Part shown: positions 1 through 15,110 of the stretch, in pieces | Layout: each line of letters begins with the position of its first letter | Position numbering within the stretch: the first letter of the stretch is position 1 | NCBI RefSeq assembly: GCF_000485595.1 | Contig: NW_014577088.1 | Coordinates: forward strand, 1,119,391 to 1,183,390 | DNA length: 64,000 bases | Direction: 5' to 3' | Source: Priapulus caudatus | Taxonomy: Eukaryota | Program-made: the position numbers and the translations under genes | Notes under the pieces: generated by a model | The model's database searches: none | What the model was told of the DNA's origin: nothing | The model's input: the letters and a program-made list of their open reading frames with translations, nothing else

Positions 1-59
1 CACGATGAGGAGGGAGAGAGAGAGACAGATACAAAGAGGGAGAGATAGACAGACAGACA

Positions 60-116
<57 letters not shown>

Positions 117-140
117 CACACAACACACACACACACCACA

Positions 141-173
<33 letters not shown>

Positions 174-211
174 CATACACAGCGACACACACACACTCAC
201 TCACAGAGAGC

Positions 212-266
<55 letters not shown>

Positions 267-779
267 GAGAGAGGGGGGGGGTGTTCCAGAGAGACAGACA
301 GCTAGCTAGACGAAGATGCATACATACAGGAGTGGATAATAGAGAATCTATAATTTCTATTATCCACTCCTCCTCCTCCTCCTCCTCCTCCTTCTCTTCC
401 CCCTCTTTTTCTTTTTCGTCTTATTGTTCTTCTGCCCCTCCTCTTCTTCCTCCTCCTCCCATCATCCTCCTCCCCTCCTCCTTCTCCTCCACCTTCTCTT
501 CTTCCTCTTCCTTCCCCCTACCCCTCCTCCTCCTCTTCTTCTTCTTTTTTTTTTCTACCCCTCCTCTTCCTCCTCCTCCTCCTCCTCCTCCTCCTCCACT
601 TCCTCCCCATCCTCCTATTCCCCTCCTCCTCCTTCTTTTTCTTCTTTCTCTTCTTCTTCTTCTTCTTCTTCTTCTTCTTCTTCTTCTCCTTCTTCTTCTA
701 CCCCTCTTCTTCCTCCTCTTCCTCCTCCTCCTCCTCCTCCTCCTTCCCCTCCTCCTCTTCCTCCCGATCCTCCTATTCC

Positions 780-810
<31 letters not shown>

Positions 811-860
811 CTCCTCCTCCTCCTTCTCCTTCTTCTTCTTCTTCTTCTTCTTCTTTACTC
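1..860. repeat. Compound microsatellite block (CA)n, (GA)n, (CCT)n/(CTT)n
   Basis: Simple repeats are directly visible; overlapping ORFs are low-complexity artefacts. Confidence 0.95.
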
Positions 861-1379
861 CATTTGGACTGGTCTCATTCTACTGGGCTCATTCTACTGT
901 TCCGGTAATATTTTCTACTCTCGCTCGCATCTTTTCAAGCTCTTTCGTCATTCCTCTCTAACTCTCCAACTCTCATCCGCGCTCTGTGCCAGCCCTCCTT
1001 CAATCCTCTACCCCTTCGACCACCATGTCACCTCTAATAACACGCTCTTGCGTTCCACACCGGTGGCTGACTCACGTCGTGGATCCCCTATTAAGATCAC
1101 CTCTTCACTCTAGATTTGAGCTCCAACAGTTCGCATATTATATCGACGTGTTTGCATTAATGGGATACAATTCTCCTCAGCACTGTGGCGGGCGGGAGCA
1201 GACATCGTCTCAACCTGCCGTGTGTACGTATTCGTGTAGCTTGTTCGCCCCGTGAGCACGCTGATCCGAAGACGCTGGCTACTTGGCACGCGCGACGTGC
1301 TCGATACCTCCTAATCTCATAACCTAGTAGCTACGATAGGATACACAACCAGACGGCCAACGCCATACATCATCTCGAC

Positions 1380-1855
1380 CGTCAGCGTCAGCGTCAGCGG
1401 CAGCGTCACCATCACCGTCACCGCTTCTCATCTATACAGTCACTGTCATGAATCGCTGACTCACCGCCACTGTCACCGTCCCCGTCAATGTCATTGTCAC
1501 CGTCAACGCCAACGTCAACGTCACCGCTCCTTAACCACCGTCACCATCACCGCTGCTCAGTCACCGTCACCGTCACCGTCACCGTCACCGTCACCGTCAC
1601 CGTCATCGCTCTTCAGTCACCGTCACCGTCATCGCTCCTCAGTCATCGTCACCGCTATACCGTCGCCGCCACCGTCACCACCACCATCACCGGTCCTCGG
1701 GTACCGTCACCGTCACTGTCATCGGCCCTTAGTCACTGACACCGTTACCGTCACCGTCGTTTCACCACAAATCGTTTCACCACAGTCATCACAGTCACCA
1801 CAGTCACCACAGTCACCACAGTCACCACAGTCACCAAGTCGTTTCACCACAGTCA
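1380..1855. repeat. (GTCACC)n and (CACAGTCAC)n tandem repeats
   Basis: Hexamer and 9-mer arrays with degenerate copies are visible. Confidence 0.85.
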
Positions 1856-2414
1856 CAAATCGTTTAGTCCTGGTGACTGATTCACAGCATAGATATAATA
1901 TACAGGGGCTAATAATACAGGAGTTGTCATTCCCTGATATAGGCAAAGAAATGTGTTTGTAACTTTGTATTGTATATATCTATGTTCACAGTCACTGCTC
2001 ACTCAGTCTCCACCACTGCTCAATGTGTGTGTTCATGCTCTCACAACCACTGATCGTTCAGTCACCGTCACTGCTCGCCCAATCGTCGCCACTGCAGACT
2101 CAGTCACTTTATCAACATACGCATTGGTTTTTCGTGTCTGTAGTTTTTTTGAAAAGAAGAAAACCTTAACCACACCAATTTGTCTGTCCGTCGCGCATCA
2201 CCGTGATGAAGTGATGGCGTTGATATGCTGTTTAAACAAGCAGAAATCAGCTGTTAATTTAATACTCGTGGAGATCTGCTCGTTTGCTGTGCAAAGCTAT
2301 TTGTAACCCCGCTGCTGTTTTTTGTGCGTCTCCGCAGAAAATGCCGATGTCAGTGACAGTTTCCAGACCACACGCGCGCAAATACACACATACATACANN
2401 NNNNNNNNNNNNNN

Positions 2415-2515
<101 letters not shown>

Positions 2516-4281
2516 CAAGCACGCATACCCGCATATCTATATTGTTATTGACAAATGAATCAAATCAATCACACGTTTTATTTATAGATGAGGTGTATCT
2601 CTATGCTCAAGCCCAAAAATGTTTTATGAAATTTCCAGCACCTAATTACATGACAACACAAATTTTGTACACAAATTTTTTTATGTAAAAATGGCATTTT
2701 GGATATTTCTCAATTACCACAAAGAGTGATAGGCTTAAAGCAAAACTTTCGCCACAAGTTAAGCACATAACCAACATAACAGTATTAACCAAAAATCGCG
2801 TTGTTGATGATGTCCTATATCGCAATACCTGCGGTATCGTGCATCCTAGTGGCCACTGTGCTCGTACATGCATACACAGCTGACGCACGATATTCCCGAG
2901 GCCACGACTGTGTTAGTTCTAGGCGCAAATGCCCGGAGAGCAACACTGTACGTCTGCGCGGTGCTACGAACCACACCAGGGACCTATATCGGCAACCATG
3001 GCGGCATGACAGATACTGTCAGCAGTAGTGGGCAATTCTCGCTCGCATTCCTTCGCCGGAAAGCAGCTCTCTCCCGCAATATATGAGAAGTACGTCGACA
3101 GACGGAGCGAGCTGGCTGAATGAATAGTTAGTTAATAGCAGTGGCAACGAAGCGTACGTCGTAATCACATAATCATGCGTATTATAAAAGGCGGTATCGT
3201 AAAGGCCCCCGCGCGCGTGATAATAATATGTATATAATATAATATTATTAATTTATTTAACAATGAAACGCAGGGTTGGATGGAGCGGCGGTATGAAGCA
3301 TGTATGTAGTGATCACGCAGCTGCTGTGCGTCGTCCCCTCCGCCCAGCTTGGCCTCGTCTAGTGTGCCAAAAATGTCTCGTTTCAGATTATCATGGCGTC
3401 CGTATGTCTGTGCGCGAGAGCAGTTGGGCAACTCCGTCGTCTGCCTGTCTGGCGAGGGCTGCTGACGTCACGGCGAGCAGAGATCGCCTGTGAATTTAAC
3501 TGGAACCTTTTCATTCGTCGTAAAAACGTGAACGAAGCGAGGATAATGGTACGTGATGGCAGCCGCTTCGTGAAATAGCCTCAAACAAAACCATTAGCTG
3601 TCACAGGAAACAATCTCTGCCATTCACCGGCGCGCACGCGAAGCAACCGAGCGTTGCAAGTGCGTGGTTGGATTTTAATTTTCTCGTAATTATATTTTCG
3701 CATACTTTTTAAAATTGCGCTGTCATTATATTTCGTATTTGCGCAGACGTGGTCGTGATTACTGTGATTAGGTTTCGCGTGAAACATACTATTTGTTGAA
3801 TACCCGAATGAGGCGTACCTACCTCCCAATTTAGTAGTTAACAAGAAATTGGAAGAAGAGAAACAGTTTAGAAAAACGGGCGGCCGCATTGTGAGAGAGG
3901 CCGAGGTTACAACGGCACGGCGGCACGCGATGTTATAACACTGCATCGGAATTTATACCTGCTTTATCTAGAAATCAATTACTCGCCGAGCTCCGGGTGT
4001 ACGCGCGTAATTGCAGGTGTGTACTGGTAATCATAGGTGCGATTTGATGCGAAGAGACAGCTGGCGATGGGAGCCTCTACTGGACGTATTTCATATGCTC
4101 GGCAGGGTGAACTGCCTGCCACTCCCGCCGTTGCTCTTCGGCCATCTTAGATATGTTCCGTAGATAGGTCACAATGCCCGCAAGTGGCTTGGTTCGAGCG
4201 ATGCTATTGGAAGCGAATGCAGTGAGAGCGCACTGCTAACGGACAATGTTTGATACTTGAAACTATATGTAACACAAACAA

Positions 4282-4359
<78 letters not shown>

Positions 4360-4801
4360 CCACGCACGCCACGGCACGCCACGCACACACACGACACACA
4401 TATATATAATATATATATATATATATATAATATATATATATATATATTATATATATATATATAGGCACACGTGCGCACACGCACGCACTCGCACATGACG
4501 TATGCAGCACGCATGTACGCACGCGCGCGCACACACGCACATCGGTTTAATATATGATGATGAATCTTTTGACAACAGCCTCAATGTGCTCCCGTGCATT
4601 TTAATAGGAATTTCGCATGCAGGTGTTCGGAAGAGAGTCACACCTGTTTCTGACGCCTACATTTCCACGTTTCCCTCTCTCATTCAGCCCATCACCTCCG
4701 CTCACAATTCTCTTTACTCTCTCTCACGCACTCTTTGTCCGTTCCTTTATCGTCTTCGCCACACTTTTATTTTTCTCGATTCCCCTATGCCTCCTCTCTG
4801 C

Positions 4802-4858
<57 letters not shown>

Positions 4859-5945
4859 TCTCTCTCTTGGATAAATTCTCCTTACTTAACCCACGTACAG
4901 TTATCGTAGTCAGAATGAAGGATGTACATGTACTGAAAAGTGCCTCAAATACCATCTCCTGCGATCTACATTTTCAAAACTTTCCCAGAACCCCCGCCTG
5001 TTTTCACGCCTCCTTGGAATCCTGGATCCGCCACTGAACAGTTACATATCTTGCCAAGATTATCCTGGGAGCAGAGAACAACGAACAAAAATATCGGCTC
5101 TTTTCATGGCGCCTAAAACAAAGATATGCAGAGCTGAGAGGTGGGGGAGCCTAGGGTGTGGAGAGGGAGGCGGAGAAACCATTAAAATTTTAAGTCATCC
5201 ACTATTTTGCACAGTTCGCTGATTTTGGCCCCCTTGTTAAAAAATCCTGGCTACGCCACTGCCAACGTAGGTATTGCGGATCATATATAGAATGGTTCTG
5301 ATTTATCCCGATTAGTGCGTTCGTACGGCCATTTGTTCGACTATTTTACGTAGACGCAATCTATATTGGTGAACTATTCACACTTGGGAACCAAGATCGA
5401 AAGATACGTGTGAACTATTCACGGAGCCGATTAGGAAACGCTTCGAGAATGCTTCGAGTTGACATTCCGCGTGTAGCCCTGGTAACGAGTGTCCATCCTG
5501 TTAACACGCACCTATCCTTCTCGGCACGTCAGTCACGATGAACAGATAGCGATCGATTTCCCATTGCTGGCCGCCGACTTATTTGGAGGTCGTGCACATT
5601 AAGGTCCCTGGGCCATAATGACAGGGGCGTTTTCTTCGGCGGTAATAGCCCGGTAGCAGGAACCGTATTTCGTCGCACGAACTCGTGAGATTACGCGCGT
5701 TCTAGCTGTGGCCCGGCCGATCGCCTCACAACACTGCCATTGTTCCCGTTTCCCTCCGTGTACGTACATCCACCAGTCTATATGAGCTATTCACTGCACT
5801 CCATCAAAGTGCAGTTGCGCTCGGGTGAATGAAGAGCAAGACAATAGAGGGCGTGTGAGCTAGACTATATCGTCACTGCATTCATAATTGCGTTCTTGTT
5901 CAGAAAACGTATTCAAATATATATATATGTATATAGTGTGTGTGC

Positions 5946-6024
<79 letters not shown>

Positions 6025-6210
6025 CGCGCGCGCGTGTGCATATCATAACTCTAAAATCAAAATCAAAATATATGGTGTCCTATATTGACAACGTCTCTTC
6101 CGCAGCCTATTAAAAAAATGGAATCATATGTAAATGAATTCTTTATCAAATTATTATCATGTTTTGATTTTAAATTCATGAATCCATCCGTGTCCGTGTG
6201 CTTTTCTCTA

Positions 6211-6242
<32 letters not shown>

Positions 6243-7570
6243 CTGGAATTGAGTGCGAGATCGCGCATGATGACAGAAACATAGACAAATAAAGAGCTGA
6301 AGTGACAGATGCAATCGACGTTAGTATAATAATAAATAAAATAGATAATACGACAATCACCGTCAGACGTGGGTCGCTGGATATGCCTGCCGACATATTA
6401 ACGAAGCAGAACCGGACGCAGACCTGTTCGAACGTAGTCCCCCACCACCTCACCGCACTCCTAACCCCCACTCACACCCCCTCGTGTTCACTCGTCAAAC
6501 AAGCTCCGCCAACGAAAATGCGTCTATTCTCGAGATTTATGGCCCTAAATGACACAAGAAACAAATATTAGCTTTTCAGCGAGCTACCTGAGCTCGCGCC
6601 GGCTAATTATACCCGTGCACGCCATACACGCCACTGCCCACCAGTTTACTGGCAAAGCAAACCGCCCTTTGTCATGTAAAATGGTGGAGGGTGGTAAAAG
6701 CACTTGACTATATATCAAGGAACTGCGCACAATGGATAGAGGGCCCGCTGGCCGTGTTGAAAGGCCCTGCGCATTCTGCGCGCCTAATGGAAGGCGTTTG
6801 TGCAGAGTCAACATGACTTTGTGATTGCACTCCCGGATGACATCTGCCGCGTTGCTAGCAGTAGCACCCCAGCCCCAACCTGCCCACTCACGCTCATCCG
6901 ATTCCTTACTCAAGTGGTGGGTTGGGTAGGTTGGTAGTGTTCTACTTCTGAGCATTCACGAAGAATCTTATGTAGTATCAATATGTGACTGTATGACGAC
7001 GGGTGTGTAAAAGGTTGCGCTAGGACGCTACCCAAATAAAGACCTAGTCTATATCCACACACGGGCGCGCGCGCACACACGCGCTCACACGCACAATTCT
7101 ATTCAAAAACCTTTAGGTAATTTATACCTTACCTGTGAAGAAACCGCTACACGCACCTGCATGCACACACCCATACGTACGCTCACACATACACGCACGC
7201 ACGCTCGCATACACAATCTGAAACCAAGTTAGGAATGACTAGCAGGAGTACATTTCTGTTCCACTATCTTTTCACCTCTCTCTCTCTCTCTGTTTCTTTC
7301 CTTGCATCCATCTCGCCCAGCCTCCCTCGTGTTTTTATGCACTCATTCTCTCCCCTCTTGCATTCCCTTCCTCTCTTGATTTTTTATTGAACTGTTCGTC
7401 CCCCCGTCCGTCCCTCTATCGGTCCACCCGTCCATATGTTTATTTATATCTATTCATCTAGCAACTATCATTCGCCATCTTCACCTTCCATTAATTGTCT
7501 TTCAACCCCCTTTTCTCTCGGTCTCTCTTTTCTTCTTGTCCCCTCTTTCGGTTTCCCTTCTCTCGCTCTT

Positions 7571-7618
<48 letters not shown>

Positions 7619-8269
7619 GCCTCTCTCGAGCTCGCTCTCTTTTTCTTCTCACTCACTCTTCTCTCTCGTTTACTCTCACTCCCCCCTCTCTCCCATCTTT
7701 ATATTTCGATATCTTTCGCTCTCTACATTTACCACTATTTTTCATTGAGATCGCCCTTCACCTTCTTATTTCTTTCGCGCTCGCCCAGTTTCTTTGGTAA
7801 AATAAGCCGGCATGCAGGCATTAGCGGTTTGCTCGTAGTTGACGCTACGTGTCTATTAGTGGAATTTATTGCCGCCGCCTGTACATATGATGGCCAGCCG
7901 ACAGGTGCCGGGATGCTGCGGCTGGTCGTGGCAGACTTTTACATTTACCAGCTCGCTACAGCCATCTTCCCTCTCTCGAGCTGCCTTCCACGCGATTGCT
8001 GTTAGTTTACGAGGCGAACCTGTTTTCGGTGTGTGAAGTCAAGCATGTATATCTGTTGCTCTCGCATCTGTGGGGGAAAGCAGCAGCCATAGTGATGTTC
8101 GCAGTAAACAAGAGTTATCCCTCTCTGTTTCCGCAAAGATTTGCACCCACAGTTCTTCTCAGGCTACATTCTGCCTGTACCGCCTCTCGTTCTCGCTATC
8201 GCTCTCCCGCTCTCTTGTGCGCATTCTCTCTTTTCTCTCCCCCTCCTCTCTCTCACGTACTCACTCACA

Positions 8270-8472
8270 TACTCACTAACTCACTCATTCCCTCAACTCA
8301 CTCACTCACTCACTCACTCACTCACTCACTCACTCACTCACTCACTCACTCACTCACTCTCTCACTCACTCACTCACTCACTCTCTCACTCACTCACTCA
8401 CTCACTCACTCACTCACTCACTCACTCACTCACTCACTCACTCACTCACTCACTCACTCACTCACTCACTCA
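8270..8472. repeat. (CTCA)n microsatellite
   Basis: Visible tetranucleotide array. Confidence 0.95.
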
Positions 8473-9057
8473 TGTTTGTTTGTGTGTGCGCACGCGTGTG
8501 TGTGCGCGTGTGCGTGCGTGTGCGTGTACGTGTACGTGCGTGTCTCATGAGCGGGCTCAGCATACATTCCTACATAATATGTCGAAACATCACACAGAGG
8601 AAACACGACAACGTAAATGTATCGTAAAACGCAAAGGCTATAGCGCGCGCGCGGGCACATGTCTCTGTCTACGTGCGGCACATGATAACGCGCACGCACT
8701 CACAAACACCGCTCTCGGCACGTGATGACGGCGAGCTATACCATCACACTTTAACACACGCCGCCCCGCTTCACAAACGACATCCCTATGTCGTGCCGAC
8801 CGGCGAACGATGATTTTTATTCCCCATAAAAACTTTTATGAGTTTTCGCGCCGAGCGACAGCCGGGTGCGGTGCAAACACACCTTCGTCCGCTCAGCGCG
8901 TTCGTTCTCTTCGCTCATGCACCTGTACAATGAGCATCCTCATCAGCACTCGTAGCGTGAATTTCCGGCCGCAATAGAGACCGGTGTGTAAGTGACCTTG
9001 AACGCTGGCTCTTCCCCGCCTCATGATGCTGCATGCGCGCGAACGGCGCGCGACGAA

Positions 9058-9170
9058 AGAGTTGCCGATGTCGTATGCCGAGAGTTGCCGATGTCGTATG
9101 CCGAGAGTTGCCGATGTTGTATGCCGAGAGTTGGCGTTGTCGTATGCCGAGAGTTGCCGATGTCGTATGC
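9058..9170. repeat. 23-bp minisatellite (GAGAGTTGCCGATGTCGTATGCC), about 5 copies
   Basis: Direct tandem copies with few substitutions. Confidence 0.9.
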
Positions 9171-12100
9171 TGCTTAGATTACAAAGCTGACTCGTTCAGA
9201 AACGCGCGTTCATTTCGAGTGCTCCAAACGCACTGAATCTATTCGGTCATAGATTCACGGCTAGCTTCAAGGTTGTTAATGATTTTATTAAAGATTAAAG
9301 ATGAAATACTTAAGACCATATTTGGGAAGGAAAAATTAATTAATTAGGCTTTATTTCAGAAGTTCATAGGCTCGTTCATCAGGCTTCAATTAGACTTCAG
9401 TTTCGTGAATGTAGAGGACGAAAGTGGCCGTCCGAAAGCACACATTTTCGGGAGAAAAAATGACGACGTGGTAATGCGACACGTAGCGAAGAGAAAGCGA
9501 AAAGAGAACAGTGACTGGGGGCAGAGACAAAGAACCGAAGGGCAGTAGCGAAAACTGTGAGGACGCTGGTGCCATAAAAGAGGAGAGGAGAGAACGAGGA
9601 ATGCAACTGAGGGCGGTGCATGCATCGATAATAACAACGACAAACGATCGCAACGAATTAAATCCGCGTTACACACAGAATGAACAATTGATGACATATC
9701 AATGGAATTGAGTAACGACACAGCGGTACATCAATTTAGTCTAATTGCCTGTGAAATCGGGAAACCTTGGGTCGGTTGTTTGTCCTCCAAACTCAATTAT
9801 TATCCTATATATCACGATTACAAGCAGATATTTGCTTAAGCGCCCGACAGATGTTGCTCGCGCCGGTCCGCGCGGCTAGCAAAACGCTCGCGGCGACGTC
9901 TAGCGAGCCACGCAGGTCTAGTGTCGCCACACTGTCGCCATCAAGGTGTCACACGGCCTGCCCCTCGGGTGACAAACGTATCTACGGGTGACTTTCGGCG
10001 AGCGAAAAGCACAGCAGTAGCGCTACAGTAGCAGGCTGCGAGCGGGTATACGCGGTGCTGCTGTGCCGCTATAGTTGGATGTTATCAGGCAGGGCATGTG
10101 CGCGTACTGCCTGCTTACCTGCGGCTCGCCCACCTGCGGTTGCAGCGCTGCTGTATGGCCCCGGGGGTCGGTAACCAGCCATCCGTCCACAACACCCATT
10201 CATGCGAAAGCACTTCTAAGACGTTTAAGCTGTTTAAGAGGCTTGCGAGGTAATGGAATTTCAATCTTTCAGGTGCGCGCGTAGAGAGAAGCGATACCTG
10301 ACGCGAAACCTCTTTACGTGTTTAATCTGCCAGATCAGATACAGCGCGTCTTCGCTAATCTGTGGCAGTCGTACCAACCACACGACCATATAGTTTAAGC
10401 TAATGACACCAGCACACGGTCATGTAGAAGTAGCTATAACTGCAATACTGCACGGACTCGGACGTGCAACTAACCCCACAAGCACGTGGACATTGCCTAA
10501 TACCATAGCCTCATAGGCATTCAGACGTAATTACTGTAATTATATTTACCACCACATAAACATGAAAGAGGTTTCTTACTTCACACTCCCATAGGTATGC
10601 ATTTTTAATCGCACATGCAGCGAACTAAACCACCACATGCAGGGTTTTATATCTATAGTTAACTAATTATACCACCATATACGTAAATTAAATTTAACTA
10701 ATTGGAAACCCCTAGGCCACCATACATGTGCGGAGATATATTAAAAGACGACAGCAAACTTGTTTGTATGAGAAAAGCATTGTTATGCAAGCGTTTGCAG
10801 TGGACTTTTTAAAAATTCGTATCCAGTTTAAATTCAAAATCCATCCTCGTTTGTAAATACCCCATAAATACCTTCATGCGAGTGCGCGTAATTCAGTTAG
10901 TGGCACGCACCTCACGCAATGTGCGAATGTCTTCTCGCTATTTAAACGGGGCCAAGAGCCGTGACCAGCCCGGCTAGGACCACGCACATTATTATATAGC
11001 GTACCACGGAGTGAGCGCGTGCACGCGCCTTCTCGGACGTACACTTGCTCCATATGGTGCTGGCCTAGTGTTTATCATGTAAGCAAACAAAACAAGGCGG
11101 AATAGCGCAATCCGGCGGCCACCCTATCATCACCAACCGTCAACTACTCCGTGAATATTGCTTAATGACATGATCTGTTTGTGTGCATAGGTGGACGCGG
11201 GCGTTTGGCCACCGGGTCCTCTAATGGACCGCGATGTTAGTGCACGTGCGCGTCTGCGTCGTCCACTCGGGCGATTAATGAACGTCAGCACAGAGCCACG
11301 CTTTATTCCTTGCCCTCCGAACCGACTGACGGGCGTCGATGGCGGTGAAGAGAAAATAAGGGGTAGGGTTAGCGTTTACGGTCAGTGAAAAACAATAGAA
11401 CGTGGAACAATCTGGTAAGCAAAGCGATAATATTAGGAAAAGAGCGGGGAGGCGCAATTAGATTAATGGTAGCGCATAATAGATGACTATAAGAAATAAA
11501 TTAAGTTATGAAAATATTTAAGACGTCGTGTAAGAGACATGGCAAGCAGAACGATAAACTAAAAGAATTAATAACAATAACATCATCGATTTATAGGAAT
11601 ACGACGTGGTAACTCATGGCTTATTATTTCTCTATAGTTAATTCATCCCTAGTGCAATAATTAATGCTTCTGTTCGTATCAATCAATTTGTATGACTACG
11701 TCATGTACATTAGATATGGTCAACCATAGCCGCAGTGAGTGTTGGCTTTTATATAGTAATCACGTGATCAATGCCTAATGGCACTTCAATTTATCTCATA
11801 TTATATTATCTCTATTATATATCTCATATTATATTATATTATATTTATCTCATATTATATCTCATTTATATCATGTTTTTTATATTATGCATCTTGCATT
11901 GTTTTATGCACGATGGAGATACCTGGGAATTACATGTGATTTAAAGTTAGTGTATGCTAACAACATATAAGCATCATGAATCTTTGCGTTCTACGGTAAT
12001 ACCTCCATAATAAATCTTACAACTCTATAAACACGAATTTATATCTGCAGGACTGTCATTAATACGAGGTAAAATGTATGATATCAATATAAAAAACAAT

Positions 12101-12431
12101 TATATGGACAAAGCGAAAAAGTAAGTAAGACTCATATCTCAATAATGAAATGGCGGGTCTAATTCGAAGATTGCTTAACGATTTTTCCGAACATTCTCAA
12201 ACAATTTTAACACGAATCCTGCCTGTAAGAAACCATCACCGCGAAGAATTACACTGTAAACTCTTCAACTAAAGGTTTTGTGAAAAAATTGTCATGAGAA
12301 CAGTGACCATTATAATAATGATCATGCTGTTATTTCGGTTTTTATATTGCATATATAACATATTGTACATATGCATTGACGTACGCACGCATGCACTCTC
12401 ACACATGCACGCACACACACACACACATACA

Positions 12432-12489
<58 letters not shown>

Positions 12490-12619
12490 TACAAACATAC
12501 ATACACACGTACGTACGTACGTACGGATGGATGGATGGATGGGATGAATGGATGAATAAATCGCTCGATCGATCGATTGATTGATGGATCGTTATATGGA
12601 CGGATCGATAGAGGTATTA

Positions 12620-12684
12620 AAAGATAGATAGATAGATATATAGATTGATAGATAGATACATAGATAGACAGGTAGATAATTAAT

Positions 12685-12723
<39 letters not shown>

Positions 12724-12783
12724 CTAGCTAGATAGATAGATAGATATATAGCTAGATAGATAGATAGATAGATAAATAGATAA

Positions 12784-12859
<76 letters not shown>

Positions 12860-12860
12860 G
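12620..12860. repeat. (GATA)n microsatellite
   Basis: Visible array. Confidence 0.95.
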
Positions 12861-13895
12861 AAGTATAAAGGCAGATTGATAAACAAACAGACAGAAAGGC
12901 AAACAGGTAGATGGATTGACAGATATTTTTCTTGAGAAATAGAAATAGAAATAGTAATAAATAGAGATAGGTAGATAGATATAGAGAAATATATGACTAC
13001 AATATCGCATTGGCATCAAATTGTGAAATTGATATAGACATGTGTGCCATCAGTTTATTATTACAACTCATACGCAATAAATACAGAGGAAACGCTTCAG
13101 ATAACAGAATATCAGTGTAGGTTATCTTGTACTTTTATTATTATATTATAATATCGATAATATGTACATGTTTTTAAGTAACTGTAACTCAATATTTATA
13201 ATTACATAAACTATAAGTGATCTGTAATGCGAACGCACAGCTGACAGCTCATAAATATACAGTCACGCTTATGTATTACGTGTGACGTCATTATTTTCAT
13301 CATCGTTATCGTCACCGTCAGTGACATCATCATCATTAGCATGATCATAATCGTCGTCGTGGTCGTGGTCGTCGTCGTCATCGTCGTCGTCACCATCGTC
13401 TTCGTCGTCGTCATCGTCGTCGTCGTCGTCATCATCGTCGTCGTCGTCGTCGTCGTCGTCGTTGCCTTTACTATTCTCATAACCCGCCCTTATCTTACAG
13501 AATTCTATCTCTGTGACTACGTGCATGCACAGCCGCGCAAAAAAAATCGTTGCCTTCGGTTATAACCTACTCGTGACAGCTTAATCACATATACACAAAC
13601 TCTGACGCGCTGTCCCCTACGCTAGAGACCTAGTGGGTCTAGACACGTCTTCATTATCACTGCAGGCGGAGCAAAGCTGGTGTGTGGTGTGGGGAGCAGA
13701 GACGCGATCGCGAAGAAGGGCGCGAATTGATACTGGCGTTAAACAATCAAATTCATCCTTGAATTTCATCGATGTGATCGTCGAAGGATGTTACTAAGGC
13801 CGTCATTCCATAGCAATGTGACTCTAAAGAAAGCGTGCAATATGACTATATTTTTGTGCTGCAAGTGCCCTTGCATCCCGTCTCTATTTCCCCCG

Positions 13896-14137
13896 CCCGA
13901 CCGCGAAATTTTTTTTCTCACTTGAGTTCCGGACCCATCATAGATAGTGTTTTGTAATAAATGGTTCTTATATATATGGTTGGATTATAGTTAGTGTTAG
14001 GGTTCGGGTACGTGTTAGGGTTAGGGTTAGGGATAGGGCGTTCATTTTTCATTGTTGCTTCGAGGAAGTCGAGTGAATGGAGTGCGCTGATTGGCTGTGG
14101 TCCGGAACTCAAGTGGGAAAAAAATTTTGCCGTCCGG
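13896..14137. mobile_element. MITE-like element with about 30-40 bp terminal inverted repeats and internal TTAGGG-like repeats
   Basis: Left arm AAATTTTTTTTCTCACTTGAGTTCCGGACC is nearly the reverse complement of right arm GGTCCGGAACTCAAGTGGGAAAAAAATTT. Confidence 0.65.
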
Positions 14138-15110
14138 CCGTCACTCACTCCCATTATCTGCCTCTGCCTCTAACATCTACTCTTTCGCACTCACTCTGCC
14201 TGTCTACCTGTCTGCTGTCTGTCTGTATCTCAATCTGTCTGCCTGTCTGTCTGTCTGTGTGTCTATGTGTCTGTGTGTCTGTGTGTCTGTGTGTCTATGT
14301 GTCTGTGTGTCTGTCTGTCTGTCTGTCTGACCGCCTGTCTGTCTGTCTGACCGCCTGTCTGTCTGTCTCTATGTCTATCTGTCTGTCTGCCTATCTGTCT
14401 GTCTGCCTATCTGTCTATCTGTCGATCTGTCTCTCTCTCCTTCCCCATATCTCCTCTCTGTTTCTCTCTTTCTGTCACTGTTAAAGATAGTCCTCAACAC
14501 AGTCCATCTGCCGCAAGCATACAGGGAGAGTGCATATTACCGCCTCTAGCATTATCAGCTAATACGTTAACGTCGGCTGGACAGAGGACATCACACAAAG
14601 CGACTGCGAGCGTCCGATGCACGTCTGACGCCAGTCGGGCGACGAGACGCTTGAATGAAACGAACATCAGTTGTTTCGGCCGGAGACGCAGACGGTGGGC
14701 GGGCGCCAGATTTAAAAAATTCTATGCACTAATCACCGTCGATCTTTCCACGTAGTTGGCTCGTTCTCTCGTGTCACTTGGCGTCAGCTGGGCCGTGTGC
14801 ACCGTCGTCGTCTCCGCGGCTAACCTACATAGTCAAGGATAACCGACGACGACCTGCCCGCCGCCAGTTTAACTGCGGAGAGGGTAATTTTTGAATGAAC
14901 GTCGTTCGTAAGTCGCGGCGCGGTACACGTTTCCCGAGTATCACGTCTGGTGCCTCGTCAGATACAGCCCGTGTCTCACTAATCACGTTAGGCGTCGAGG
15001 TCACAGCCCCACAAGCAGTCTCAACCCCTAATCAGGTCCTCCGAGGAGCTGGACCTTACTGACGACGTGCATAGAAGCCGTGAGCGTGCGCGCTGGCGTC
15101 GCTTCGCGCC

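Noticed and set aside
5..1113. Long ORFs of 318 and 229 aa
   Set aside because: They are translations of (CA)n, (GA)n and (CCT)n microsatellites with no domain content.
9058..9170. Regular repeats resembling a CRISPR array (also 30320-30690 and 44422-44630)
   Set aside because: Head-to-tail units without unique spacers, no cas genes and a eukaryotic context; these are minisatellites.
13269..13526. Minus-strand poly-Asp ORF resembling the acidic proteins
   Set aside because: A (GAC/GAT)n microsatellite with no signal peptide or convincing splice sites.
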